Source: Rhynchopus sp. YZ270_cl-10
Lineage: Eukaryota
Assembly (NCBI GenBank): GCA_964035575.1
Contig: OZ037848.1
Coordinates: forward strand, 62,001-126,000
DNA length: 64,000 nt
Direction: 5' to 3'
The notes under the pieces are model-generated. The model did no database searches, was not told where the DNA came from, and worked only from the letters and a program-made list of their open reading frames with translations. Positions 24,878 to 37,091 of this stretch are shown one piece after another (the first letter of the stretch is position 1; the number at the start of each line of letters is the position of its first letter). Position numbers and translations under genes: made by a program.

Positions 24878-26206
24878 CTAAAATTCCTCACGCACTTCTG
24901 CCTCCTTCTTCTTCAACCCCATTACTTCCTCCGCTGTGACCGCACCCTCTGCACGCAGTATGCTTGCAAAGTGTGGGAACTGCTTTGCTCCATCCAGCAC
25001 TGTTGCCCCATCAACCACGCAGTTCACATCCGCACCCGCCTCGATGACGAGGTGTAGTACCTCTTGTAGGGTGCGGAGCCGTCTTTTCAGAGATGCCTTC
25101 CCCTGCATTGATAGGGTGCGCATGCTGTACTCCTCGCTGGATGCATGCTCACGCTGCCAGAACGATGGTGAGAAGACAAGAGGCATATCAGCAGCAAGCT
25201 TCAACCCTGCCTGCAGCACAGCCTTCACTACTTCGAAGTACCGCTTCTTCAGTAATTCTTCCACCGCACCAGTCCCATCCAGACCCGCCTCAAAAAGCGC
25301 CGACCACATTGCCGGCGTGCGTCCCTTTAGCTGACCTTCATACCACACACTACCCAATTGAATTACAAGGCTTGTCTTCACCTTGGCCCCCTTTGCTAAT
25401 AGTGTTGGAATCACTCTATACCCATGGGCGTAGGTCATTTGGATGCTCAAAAACCGATCGAGCCCATCCTGGGTGATGTGCTCACAAAGAAGCTTGCAGA
25501 CCCCCTCTGAGGCCGCCGATCTGAAGCAGTCGTCCTTGGGGATAACGCCTTTGTCAAGAATTTTTTTGCACGATTTTAGGTCGTATGCTCTGACAAAGGA
25601 GGCGAGGAGCGCTTCAGTTGGTTCTTCCGTTGAAGATGCGAAGATGAGGTCCATGCAGGCTGCGGCTTGGGAGTAGGGTAGCACTGCAGTTTGCAGCACG
25701 GTGAAGAGACCGGTTTGGGGGACGGGGCCTGCTGCAAAGAGGAGGTTGGCGACGTCAAGCTTTGTCTTGCGAAGGCATTCATGAAACACATCCTCACCCG
25801 GCACCACCCCCACAGCAAGGATATGCCTGATTATCGCAGTTCTCTTCTCCAGCTGCCCCCCTCCAATCACCTCTGCCTTCAGCCTCCTCCCCAACCGTGC
25901 CACACCCCTCCCAGGCACCCCAAGCTCACTCAGTGCCTGCAAGGCTTCGTATTTCTTCCCTGCACGCATCACCAGCTCACCCCCCATCTCTAGGTCAATC
26001 CCACTCAATGGTTCATCCATGTCCTCCAGCGGGCTTCCATCTTCAAGGGTAAGTATGCCATGGAGCAGTGCGGTGCTGTCGTCAGAGGAATCCCCAGCAG
26101 ATGTGGTCAAAGCAGCGAGCGCCTGGTAGAGGCTGCGCACGCAGGCGTCGGGGGAGACTTCGATGATGGTGCGTTCGCCAGAGAGCAGCGTGATGGAGAT
26201 GTCCAT
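24878..26206 (-). CDS. Ubl + ankyrin-like protein, copy 2 (442 aa)
   Basis: Tandem paralogue with a near-identical N-terminal half. Confidence 0.75.
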   Translation of the reverse strand: MDISITLLSGERTIIEVSPDACVRSLYQALAALTTSAGDSSDDSTALLHGILTLEDGSPLEDMDEPLSGIDLEMGGELVMRAGKKYEALQALSELGVPGRGVARLGRRLKAEVIGGGQLEKRTAIIRHILAVGVVPGEDVFHECLRKTKLDVANLLFAAGPVPQTGLFTVLQTAVLPYSQAAACMDLIFASSTEEPTEALLASFVRAYDLKSCKKILDKGVIPKDDCFRSAASEGVCKLLCEHITQDGLDRFLSIQMTYAHGYRVIPTLLAKGAKVKTSLVIQLGSVWYEGQLKGRTPAMWSALFEAGLDGTGAVEELLKKRYFEVVKAVLQAGLKLAADMPLVFSPSFWQREHASSEEYSMRTLSMQGKASLKRRLRTLQEVLHLVIEAGADVNCVVDGATVLDGAKQFPHFASILRAEGAVTAEEVMGLKKKEAEVREEF

Positions 26207-26691
26207 GCTAGGTAGGTGGGTGGGAAGTGTATGTGGAAAAGCTGTGTTGGGAGGTTTTGTGGGATGATGAGAGGTTTTGGTGCAGAGTCGTTTTTAAAGT
26301 AAAAAATGTCAAACAAAACATGCAACAAAGATAACGATTTTTTTAAATCCAGTTTTATGTTTTTTCTCAAAAAATAAAGCTGGAAAAGAGCAACAAAGGA
26401 AGTCGGTAAGATGATTTGCCTCACTAATGCAAAGCAGCGGAAAAGAATAAAAAGGCTAGAGTTCCTTTAATCCACATCAACTGACTTAGCCTAAGTAGGG
26501 GGGTCTATTCCCAAAGGCTTTTCCCACTCAAACTGCTGTGGTGTACAGTTGCGCGTCAAAACCTTTGGCAAATTGGAACGTTCTTGACGTGCACGAACAG
26601 AACGTCTTTTTGTTTGTGAAAACTTTGTTGTATTAGTGCAGACACCCGAGGATGTGCTCTAATATATTTTTCCCCCTCCACTTATTGCTTT

Positions 26692-27990
26692 CTACTTCTT
26701 CTTCAACCCCATTACTTCCTCCGCTGTGACCGCACCCTCTGCACGCAGTATGCTTGCAAAGTGTGGGAACTGCTTTGCTCCATCCAGCACTGTTGCCCCA
26801 TCAACCACGCAGTTCACATCCGCACCCGCCTTGATGACGAGGTGTAGGACCTCTTGTAGGGTGCGGAGCCGTCTTTTCAGAGATGCCTTCCCCTGCATTG
26901 ATAGGGTGCGCATGCTGTACTCCTCGCTGGATGCATGCTCACGCTGCCAGAACGATGGTGAGAAGACAAGAGGCATATCAGCAGCAAGCTTCAACCCTGC
27001 CTGCAGCACAGCCTTCACTGCTTCGTATAAACGCTTCTTCAGTAATTCTTCCACCGCACCAGTCCCATCCAAACCAGCCTCAAAAAGCGCCGACCACATT
27101 GCCGGCGTGCGTTCCTGTAGCTGAGCTGCATACCAAACCCTACCCAACTCCTTTGCCAGGCTTGTCTTCACCTTGGCCCCTTTTGCTAATAGTGTTGGAA
27201 TCACCCCATTGGAGTAGATTATGTGTAAGCTCAAAAACCGATCGAGCCCATCCTGGGTGATGTGCTCACAAAGAAGCTTACAGACTTCCTCTGAAGCCGC
27301 CGATCTGAAGCAGTCGTCCTTGGGGATGACCCCTTTGTCAAGAATTTTTTTGCACGATTTTAGGTCGTACGCTCTGACAAAGGAGGCGAGGAGCGCTTCA
27401 GTTGGTTCTTCCGTTGAAGATGCGAAGATGAGGTCCATGCAGGCTGCGGCTTGGGAGTAGGGTAACACTGCAGTTTGCAGCACGGTGAAGAGACCGGTTT
27501 GGGGGACGGGGCCTGCTGCAAAGAGGAGTTTGGCGACGTCAAGCTTTGTCTTGCGAAGGCATTCATGAAACACATCCTCACCCGGCACCACCCCCACAGC
27601 AAGGATATGCCTGATTATCGCAGTTCTCTTCTCCAGCTGCCCCCCTCCAATCACCTCTGCCTTCAGCCTCCTCCCCAACCGTGCCACACCCCTCCCAGGC
27701 ACCCCAAGCTCACTCAGTGCCTGCAAGGCTTCGTATTTCTTCCCTGCACGCATCACCAGCTCACCCCCCATCTCTAGGTCAATCCCACTCAATGGTTCAT
27801 CCATGTCCTCCAGCGGGCTTCCATCTTCAAGGGTAAGTATGCCATGGAGCAGTGCGGTGCTGTCGTCAGAGGAATCCCCAGCAGATGTGGTCAAAGCAGC
27901 GAGCGCCTGGTAGAGGCTGCGCACGCAGGCGTCGGGGGAGACTTCGATGATGGTGCGTTCGCCAGAGAGCAGCGTGATGGAGATGTCCAT
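26692..27990 (-). CDS. Ubl + ankyrin-like protein, copy 3 (432 aa)
   Basis: Tandem paralogue lacking the terminal EAEVREEL/F. Confidence 0.75.
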   Translation of the reverse strand: MDISITLLSGERTIIEVSPDACVRSLYQALAALTTSAGDSSDDSTALLHGILTLEDGSPLEDMDEPLSGIDLEMGGELVMRAGKKYEALQALSELGVPGRGVARLGRRLKAEVIGGGQLEKRTAIIRHILAVGVVPGEDVFHECLRKTKLDVAKLLFAAGPVPQTGLFTVLQTAVLPYSQAAACMDLIFASSTEEPTEALLASFVRAYDLKSCKKILDKGVIPKDDCFRSAASEEVCKLLCEHITQDGLDRFLSLHIIYSNGVIPTLLAKGAKVKTSLAKELGRVWYAAQLQERTPAMWSALFEAGLDGTGAVEELLKKRLYEAVKAVLQAGLKLAADMPLVFSPSFWQREHASSEEYSMRTLSMQGKASLKRRLRTLQEVLHLVIKAGADVNCVVDGATVLDGAKQFPHFASILRAEGAVTAEEVMGLKKK

Positions 27991-29461
27991 GCTAGGTAGG
28001 TGGGTGGGAAGTGTATGTGTGTGTGTGAAATGATAACCCCCCCGCTTTGTATGTTCAAACCAGCCCGTCGGGGGCGTTGCTGCTCAATGCATTGAGGGAG
28101 AGAGAGAGGGTTGAGGAAGTGAGAGAGACGGGTGGGAGGAGAAGGAGGGGGCTTGTGAAGGCGGATGATGAAAACACACACAATAAAAGGGAAATTATTA
28201 TTTTTTTTTTTTTGCGATGTTTTTGCTTGTTTTGAAGTTGCGTTTTTGTACTACACAATATACTTTCTACCAATGTTATGCAAAATCCAATTCCGAAGAA
28301 TTCCGAATCCCCCCCCCCCCCATTCTTATCTCATTTGATAAATCGTTGGAGGTAGTGTAGTTTGCCTCGGGTTGTGTTGCCACAGTTTGTGCAATCTCCA
28401 CTGTCTTACATATTTCTTACACACATTCATTAACCTCCGCCCTGGAGACGCTCCCTCCACCCGACACCATTTGTTTGTGCCGACAATCAAATGTGACATC
28501 AAAAGGACCACGCCCTTAATGTCTCTACAAAAGGAAAGGCGTGTCGTGGCAAGCACACAATCGCCTTTGTTCAGGTAGCTGAGTAGCTACCTGAACAGTG
28601 AGTGCAAAAAAAAAATAACAAAAAGAAGAGAAATTTTTATAAGATGAATATAAGCCTCTCGTACTGAGCCAAAAAAAAAAAAAACAAAGGAAGGCTGTAA
28701 CGATATACACGTAGTCGGCTCGCAAATCTCCTCAAATCCAGGAAATGTAGTCCCTGAGGAAGGGACTCCCTCTTGAATAATTAGGCAAATACCCAATGAG
28801 GCCCGTTGTGGGGGGATAAACCTTGGGTGTTTACACAAAAGCCTTCTCTTTTTTGATAAAATCAAGTGTTGGTCACCTCAAGACTTAATGAAAGTATATG
28901 AGAAGGGAAAACCTTTGCAGACGAGGCATCGATAATAGCAGGGTGGGGTGAGGGGATGCTGAGACACAGAGACATAACGGCTGTCACAAAAAAAAAAAAT
29001 GAAAAAAGAGAGATATTTTTGTAAGCTGAACCTGCTTTAGTTACATGTACAAAGAGGGGCAAATGCGAAAAAAAAAAGACTTTTATAACGAAAGGGGTTT
29101 CTTACAAAAAAAAGAAAGCAATGCTCGAAGGCGAAGGATATTGTTGCAGAGCGGTACACATCTCTCAAATATTTTTACCTTTTTTTTGTATCTTATTTTT
29201 TTTGCTAAAAACTTGCTGTTCGTGTACACCCCGAGGATGTGGTCTGACTGTATGGAATCGAAGGATAGACAACGTGCATCCACCCCTTGTGTGATCACCA
29301 CGCTGTCTGGCTGGAAGGGTTGTTTTAGCAATCCACGAAAATGTCTAGCATTTTTGCGAAAACCAAAACTGAGGGGATAAAAAAACGAAGACTCGAGGGA
29401 GATGTAGTTTTACCACTAAAAAAAAACACAATGTTTCGCTTAGGAACTACCCACATTTTCT

Positions 29462-29911
29462 TTCAAACACACGCACATACATTACCCCCGTTTTCGGTGG
29501 AATGGCATGAATCCTGAATCGTGTCTCACCTTCAAACGGTGGTGGGTATGCTCTGTTTATTGGTTATTGAAAAGACGTTTAGCTGCATGCTTGTATCAGG
29601 CTCTCAGAGGCGGTAGTGTCAGGCAGTATGGAGTTTTGATCCGCTATATTTTTGTAATATTTGTTATATCTTTGGGTGATCTATGATCCACATTTTCGTT
29701 CAAACACACGCACATACATTACCCCCGTTGTGGAATGTCATGAATCCTGAATCGTGTCTCACCTTCAAACGGTGGTGGGTATGCTTTCTGTTTATTGATT
29801 GAATTGAAAGAGACGTTTGTATCAGGCTCTCAGAGGCGGTAGTATCAGGCAGTATGGAGTTTTGATCCGCTATTTTTGTAATATTTGTTGCATCTTCGGG
29901 TGATCTATGAT
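29462..29911. repeat. Imperfect tandem duplication, ~237-bp period
   Basis: ttcaaacacacgcacatacattacc...gggtgatctatga occurs at 29462 and 29699. Confidence 0.9.
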
Positions 29912-30572
29912 TGTCTCCGTGAGAGCCTGTGAGACGCTGCTGAGAGCTGAAAAAAAAATCTCCCCATTCACGTATCACCCTAATCTTGTGGGCTTTTCTG
30001 AGGAAAGCTCTACAATATATTTTTGATAAAATTGTTGGAATAGTTAGGCTGATTGACGTCGGGCTGGTTTGCCCATTTTGTCACTTTTAACCACCGATTT
30101 AAACGGTTCACCACCGATCGTGGTCGATCACCACCGACCACCACCGCTCACCCACCGATTGCACCGACCACGTCGATTTACGCACCGATCAGCACCGATC
30201 AGCACCGATCAGCACCGATCAGCACCGCTCACACACCAATCACCACCGATCACCACCGATCACCACCGATCACCGTCGATCACCACCGATCACCACCGAT
30301 CACCACCGATCACCATCGATCACCACCGATCACCACCGATCACCACCGATCACCACCGATCACCACCGATCACCACCGATCACCATCGATCACCGTCGAT
30401 CACCACCGATCACCACCGCTCACGCACCGATCACCACCGACCAAAGCCGATGAACACATCAAATTGTGCCGCTCTTCAGGTATGTTTTTGTGCACCCTCC
30501 CCACCTCGCAGAGAGAATCCGCAGACTACTAGTTTGTTTTTTTTTGATTTGACAGACAGGTTAAGCTAGTCA

Positions 30573-31697
30573 TCAATCACCAATGACTAGCTTAGCCCTC
30601 TTCGTTGTCTCCCCAACCGGGTCTGCGGGGGCTTCCCTCTTTGTTCCTTTCTTTGAATCTTTGTTCGGGGAATCCTTCCTTATGGGTGGCGTAAAGCCAA
30701 AAAACGTGAGAGTTTGGCTTTGCTGCTGGTGCCTCAGGCGGTCTTCCTCCTCATCCCCTTTCTCCGCGTCATCCTTCTCTTTTGCCTTCCCTCTTTTTGA
30801 AGACGCCAAGGCCTTGTTGCGCGCAGTTTGGATGATCAAAAAGTCATCCGCCCCGACGGCGGCTTGTGCGGCCTTACAGTCACAAACGTGTCGGTAGAAG
30901 GGGTGTAGCCTGTGCCTATCAGGATCATCTGCGGTGAACACACACTGGAAGGTGCAATCCTTACCCTTGCACTTGACGGTCCCTGTCGGAGACATGGAAA
31001 AAGCGTTTCCCAGACTGTTTGTGGTGGCAATTTTTTCTTTTCTGCCACCATGAAGTCAGGCCAGTGTCCTAAACGACACTGCCACACCCTGAGGGGGAGG
31101 TGTGCTGTCTGTATACCCTGTCCCGACGGCGGCTTGCGCGGCCTTACAGTCACAAACGTGTCGGTAGAAGGGTTGCAGCCTGTGCCTATCAGGATCATCT
31201 GCGGTGAACACACACTGGAAGGTGCAATCCTTACCCTTGCACTTGACAGTCCCTGTCGGAGACATGGAAAAAGCATTTCCCAGACTGTTTGTGGTGGCAA
31301 TTTTTTCCCTCAAAAGTTCCCATGGTTTTTGCATTCTGGCGGCGGCTTTCTTTGGGCGTGGCTTCGTGGTTCCGATGACTGCTACGACCTGCTTAGCCCG
31401 TGAGCGGACGAGATTGCGCAGACACTGCTCTTCGTGGAGCGACCTCAGCCCCTTGTCCTCGTCGTCGTCCGCATCCCGCATCTCTGCCGGGACCCTGTAC
31501 GACAGGTCCACTTTCTTCATAGGCTTACAGCGTTGGTTGTTTGCCTTCCTGAGGATGTTTCCCAACTTAAACGCAGCGCGCGTGAGGGCATCCAAAACAA
31601 CTGGGATGTCATCCTCAAAGAAGGAGAAGATTTCGTGCTTGCAGCCAGGCACCCCTTCCTGGAACGACACCTTCAGTGTGACCGTATGTTCTGTCAT
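30573..31697 (-). pseudogene. Inverted copy of element ORF2 with a 270-bp internal duplication of the Zn-finger region (either disrupted or spliced)
   Basis: Near-identical to 40811-41665. The Zn-finger segment occurs twice with a stop at 31056 in the junction. The junction 31116-31042 is a possible 75-nt GT-AG intron. Confidence 0.65.
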
Positions 31698-32241
31698 TAT
31701 CTTATTTTCTGGTTAGGGAAGGGCAGGGTAGGGGAGGGGAGGGGAGGGGGGGTGTGGCGCGATGCATGCATAACAACACGAAACAAAGAAACAAGATTTT
31801 GTATTTTTTTTTTTTTAAAAGATGCCTGTGCTGGAGTGCAGAGTATTTTATAACTTTACTTTTTTTTCGACTACCTAAGATTCTTACCTAAAACAATTGA
31901 CTCAATATTATAATCCAAAATAATACTAATATGGGGTGATTTGAAGATTTTTTCCTAGGTTTCTATGTGGACTACCCCTTTGAAGGTTCTTTTCATCCTA
32001 AAGGGTTCAGGGAACGACGTCTATACCTTCCGTAGTACAAAGGCTTCGGCCAACATTGAGTACAGACCCGAATTCTCCCACCTGGTGGGATTACTCGGCG
32101 ATTGTCGACACAGCTACCAAATAAGTTGTCGAAGTTAAGCCTTAACTTCGATACGATGAGGGCCCTGCTCTTTTTTGATAAATTGACACATTGACAACGT
32201 GTGTCACCTCCACTGCTCTCAAGATCCTCCACGTAGGGGAG

Positions 32242-32788
32242 CAGGGATATTGCTAACTTTTGGGATTTTGGGATTTCGTGGGGCGATGGTCGAAAAAAGG
32301 GGGGGAGTGCTGACGCTAAGGCCGGCTGGCCGGATATAATTTTTTTTTTTTGACTTTTTTTCCCCCAGTCGAGCCCACCTGAGCTCAAGTTGGGGGAATG
32401 TAAGAATTCCGTGGTTGTCCAACTGCGGAGTTCGGCTTCACTGATATTTACACCAGGCAGACAGGGCACACGAATTATCAGTAACCTCAGTACATTAACA
32501 AAAGAAATGGTGATCATGGCACCCAAAGGTTCCTGGCGAAGCCACGGTACGCAACATTTCTAAAATTTGCGCTTAAAATTGCACATTTTTACTGCCAAAC
32601 TCTGTCATGGGAAGGGTGGGTCGCAAGCTTGCGCCGCAGGCGCACGGTACGCTACTTTTTGTCTTTCGCCATGCTGCATGCCATAGTGCCATATATAGTA
32701 CACTAGTTACCGTGGTGCGATGGTTCATGGAAAGGGGGGGGAACCCCAAATTCAGTGGGGCGATGGTCGATGGTTAGCAATATCCCTG
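32242..32788. mobile_element. Nested MITE with 16-bp TIR and 9-bp TSD
   Basis: TIR cagggatattgctaac / gttagcaatatccctg. gtaggggag at 32233-41 and 32789-97. Confidence 0.85.
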
Positions 32789-32808
32789 GTAGGGGAGGAT
32801 GTTTCCTA

Positions 32809-33037
32809 CACGACGGTGAAGTATAGTACATTACAAGTGAAGTTACATGTAACGTTACAAGTGAAAAACCGTTACAAGTGAGTTACAAGTGAGTTACAAG
32901 TGGGATACATGAATTACAGGCAAAATCAGGTTGTAACTGGTGGGTTACAAGTGAGTTACAAGTGAGTTACATGTAACAAAAGTTACATGTAACTCACTTG
33001 TAACTCCACTTGTAACACCCGTTACTTCACCGTCGTG
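32809..33037. mobile_element. Nested MITE with CAC termini and 11-bp internal repeats
   Basis: TIR cacgacggtgaagta / tacttcaccgtcgtg. TA on both flanks. (gttacaagtga)n inside in both orientations. Confidence 0.8.
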
Positions 33038-33099
33038 TACAGGGGGGAGGGGGGGGGGGGGGGGGGTGTTTTTTTTTTTTTTTTTTGGGGGGGGAGGCT

Positions 33100-33848
33100 C
33101 AGGGTTTTATCTTGAAAAAACATTTTAAAATTTTACCCGGTCTACCCGGTCTGGCAAAAAAGTGGTCAAAAATTTTTTTTTCGCCTCCGGCGAAAATGTC
33201 CCGGAAAACTGCTGCATTCACTCGCATATTGCATATCATATCACGTTCCCCACCTTTGCGGGTTTGCGGAATACGGGAAAAAATCACTTCAGGTCGGTAG
33301 CGTGCGGACGTTTCCTCGGATAGACATCTACAAAAAGAAACAGCAGTCATGGCAAAGGTTCCTGGCGAAGCCACGGTACGCAACATTTGTAAAAAATGTT
33401 GACATAAAATGGCACTGTCGTTGGTCATTATCGTCAGTTCCCGTAAATGTTAACATATTTTTCTAAATGAAAGTTTCTGGCGAAGCCACGGTACGCAACA
33501 TTTCAAAATAGTGCGCCTAAAAATTGCACATTTTACAGCCAAATTATGTCATGGGAAGGGTGGGTTGCAAGCTTGCGCCGCAGGCGCAGGGTACGCTACT
33601 TTTTTGCTTTCGCCATGCTGCATGCTTCCTTTTCCTTCGGCGGTTGACCAATTGAGTCGCGTTCTGGCTGTGACAGGGTCTCTTTGTTCATGAGGCCAGT
33701 TCTGGTCGCTCCCCAAGATTTATCACATTTTTTTTTGGCCTGACCGGGTGTATATATATATTTTTTTTTCCCCCCAGACCGGGTAAATATTTTTTTTTTT
33801 TATTTTGCCCGGTCTGGGACCACTAACATATAAGGAGATAAAACCCTG
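33100..33848. mobile_element. Nested MITE related to 32242-32788
   Basis: TIR cagggttttatct / agataaaaccctg. Imperfect 9-bp flanks ggggaggct / ggggagggg. Shares ~160 bp of internal sequence with 32242-32788. The empty site is visible in the other arm (~40170-40190). Confidence 0.75.
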
Positions 33849-34016
33849 GGGGAGGGGGGCACTTTGCACTGGGGGCAGGAAAAAGGAAAAACAATGCGAA
33901 CACGGGAAAACCCGAAAGACGCTGATGGTTGATGGAACTCGTGTGAGGAGAAGGTTACACGGAAAAATGGGTGGGGAAACATGTCTCAAATCAGTAATGT
34001 TTTGGAAAGAGAAATT

Positions 34017-36923
34017 TTACTGTGTGCGTGTTTTTTTTGTTGTAGGCTGCGACGGGGTCTCAGTCATGTCTTCCCCTGATCTCTTTCTTTGGCTTCTTGA
34101 AATGGTTTTCCTGCAGTAAAAGCACATCACCGCACCTTTTGTCTTTTCTGAAACTTGTCCAACGACGAGTTCAGTTTCCCTGTCGTTGATCAAATACCAC
34201 CTACCCCCCCTAAGATTGCAGGAGTAGTAGTGGCCTGATTGCTGAGAGCCGGTGTGCACAATCACCGACACAAGCTGGTATTCGGCTTCGACTTGGTTCC
34301 CGATACAGTGTTCGCTCAGATCCAAAGACAAATCCACGTCGACATCCGCAGTATTCTTTGTATGGGTGGTTCGCCCAGTGCGTGTGAATCGCTGGAAGTA
34401 AAGCGCGAGTATAGGAGGAGGAGTGAGGAGCTGTAAATGATGGGTGTGGACGTCGTCACGGACTTGAGGGTTGAATAAAGATCGCACGCTTTCAGCTACG
34501 CTTGAGAATAAGGGGAGGACAAGGTCAAAAGTGAAGGGGTTGTACTGCGGGGTTCCGCTGTTGTACTGTACCATTGACCCGGTGAAGAAGCCATGCATCT
34601 CCGACGAAAGCTCAGACATCAAACCCATCACGAATTCTTGGCAATCAGACTCCCGGAACATTAGTTCCTTGACGCTGTCCGTCTTCCGGAGGAGAGTCAA
34701 CATTGCAGACGGAGTCACACCGCCACTTCCCTTGCGTCGCGCTCCCTCCAACCTGGCAAACAGTGCCCTCAACTGCTTCTGCACAGGAGTCCCCCCCTCG
34801 TCGTTCTCTATGCCTTCTCTAAAGGAATCACATGAGAACAATGCCTGCATAATGGCATTGAAAAAGCAAGTGATACCCGCATTCACCAGACCAGGCTGAT
34901 GACACTCGACAGAAGAGTCGCCCTCATCACCCTCATCACCCTCATCACCCTCATCATCCTCATCTGTGTCATTGTCATCCTCTCCAGTCTCTTTGGTTTC
35001 GCCAGAAGCCTTGCGGCCGTCCTCCTGTATCCTTTGCAGGAGAACCGCCTTTGTCCCATCACTCCTCAAGCACCTCACCAAACACTGTTCACGGAGGGAT
35101 TTCAGGGAATCTTCGCTTGTGATTTCATCAATCCCTAGTTTGGTGATTTGTGATGCGAGTTCCTCCTTCCTCCGCTTTCTTTCCCCCCTGGATGCCTCTG
35201 CTTTCTCTGCTTTTTCTCCTCTCTTCAGTAGCTCTGCCTCAACTGCTTCTCTATTTTTAAAACTCCTGGCGGTGCTTGAGTCAAACTCTGCAGCTTTTAC
35301 TTTTGCGAAAGCACGCACCGCCTCCGTTTGCAGGGAGTCTCGAACGCTAAGCGAGTACGCACGGATGGCCCCTATTGCCCGGAGCATGTGGTCGGAGGTC
35401 CGCTTTGTTGAGTCTGCGATTACTTTTTTGTAAATCGCAATGGGGCGTTCCGTCGTCGCCGGATTCCCGCCGTACGGAGCAATCGAATCATGGCCCCCTG
35501 TGCGGAAATAACGGGACTCACGGTCCATGATGTTCAACAGGGAAGTTGAAATGACCCTGCAAAAACATTGCTCATGCTCCACCATGCCGTCCTGAGTCCA
35601 ATCAAACTCGGTGCGGGAAGGTCCACTGAACGCAGCAACTACCTTATGCAGCTCGTCCGCGTAGCCGTCCTGAGCATCTTCGCGACGAGGCTCCCATAGC
35701 TCTTCAACGGCATCAGTTTGTGTGTCTGTGCAATATTTTAATTTTGCACGCCTGGCGTCTCTTCACGTAGATGGCACCAATCCGAATAGGGATCTTTAAT
35801 CCGAAAGATCCTCCTTCACTTCTCGCTTCCAAGCATGTTCTTTGTCCATTCCTGCTGCTGCCGCTCCCACTACCCCCTTCCAAAATCTCTCCAAGGAGGT
35901 CCCCTCAGGAATCGACCACGTCAGCAGTGTCAGGGGATAGGTGAACACTTGAAAAACACGAGCATACACAGAAATGTGCGTCGCCGTTGCTGGTGCTTTC
36001 AGGTGCGTGTACATGGTGTGCCACCTGTTCGGGATCTTAGTGGCGGCTGAGGGGTCGTTGGAGTACAATACAGCGCTCCGCTCCGACAGGTAGGTTTGCA
36101 CCAGAGTGAAGAGGTTCGTGTCGCCTACGGTCTGCATGAGAGTCCATGCTCCTGCAGTGATGGAGGAAAACCTTCCTCCTGTTACAGGATAGAAGAAAAG
36201 TTTTCCTAACAGCACCTTCTTCTCTTTTTCCACCCAGACACGAAAGCCGTTGTGCGACACTGTGAACTCGTACATACGAGTGACAAACATAGCAATGTAT
36301 GTCAAGTCTTTCATAGCAGCCTTGTCCAGCAGATGCCCACGATGTACGGGTTCCATGACGTCACAGTTCACTACACCCGAAATAACAAGCTGGCGGGAGA
36401 ACGACTTCATTGCACGGTCATTGATGACGGATGAAAACTTGTGCGATATCGGTTCGGTCACGTTAAACCCTGAATCCGCGAGGAAGAGATGCAACAGTGC
36501 AAAATAGCGAAGTGAATCGTCAAGGTGATTCTGTACGGCAACATTTGTTTTTAGTTGCGTCACTGCCGTCAATAGCGGGTAATACTGTATGTCATGAGTG
36601 CCACATTCTCTTTTGACTTGCAGGAAAGTGAGGCCCATGACAAGAACACTGGTTAAACCGCAAGGCAATGGGCCACTATCGCCGCCCAGACATGCACTCT
36701 CCCCCACACGAAGCAACATCTCCATGTCCATGAGGACAAGGTGCTCGAGGATGCACATACGTACCCGATAATAGGTGATGCTGCTTGTATCCAAAGATAA
36801 ACCCGTAGAAGCTTCATGAATAGTTTCAAGCATGACGCGTAGATGATCAGCAATACGATGTAGGGGCGCACCATCACGAACACACTGCACGGTCAGCTTG
36901 TTGAGAGCAGTGCGAGAGATTCA
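34017..36923 (-). pseudogene. Frameshifted inverted copy of the transposase-SAP-USP gene; a 522-aa C-terminal ORF (34017-35585) remains open
   Basis: Nearly identical to 37092-40013. The start is mutated to GTG with a small deletion, a 1-nt deletion near 35805 gives a stop at 35796, and there is a 2-nt deletion near 35730. Confidence 0.85.
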
Positions 36924-37091
36924 CTTTTGTGTCCAAACATTTTTTTATGCGCGTTCCCTAAGAGGATGTGTGAATAAGGATAAAAAAAAAAGGGTAACTA
37001 TTTTTTGACTATCTTGCTTACCTTTTTTTTATCCTTATTCACACATCCTCTTAGGGAATTCACACATGTTTGGATCAACTGTTGCACAAAA

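Larger units (their letters stand above)
22600..28020. repeat. Tandem triplication, unit ~1.8 kb (gene plus intergenic DNA)
   Basis: The intergenic block ggaaaagagcaacaaaggaagtc...gcagacacccgaggatgt recurs at ~22770, ~24570 and ~26380. Confidence 0.95.

Noticed and set aside
30053..30569. Repetitive ORFs (PPITTDHHRS)n, also at 42234-42773
   Set aside because: Translations of the 10-bp subterminal arrays, not genes
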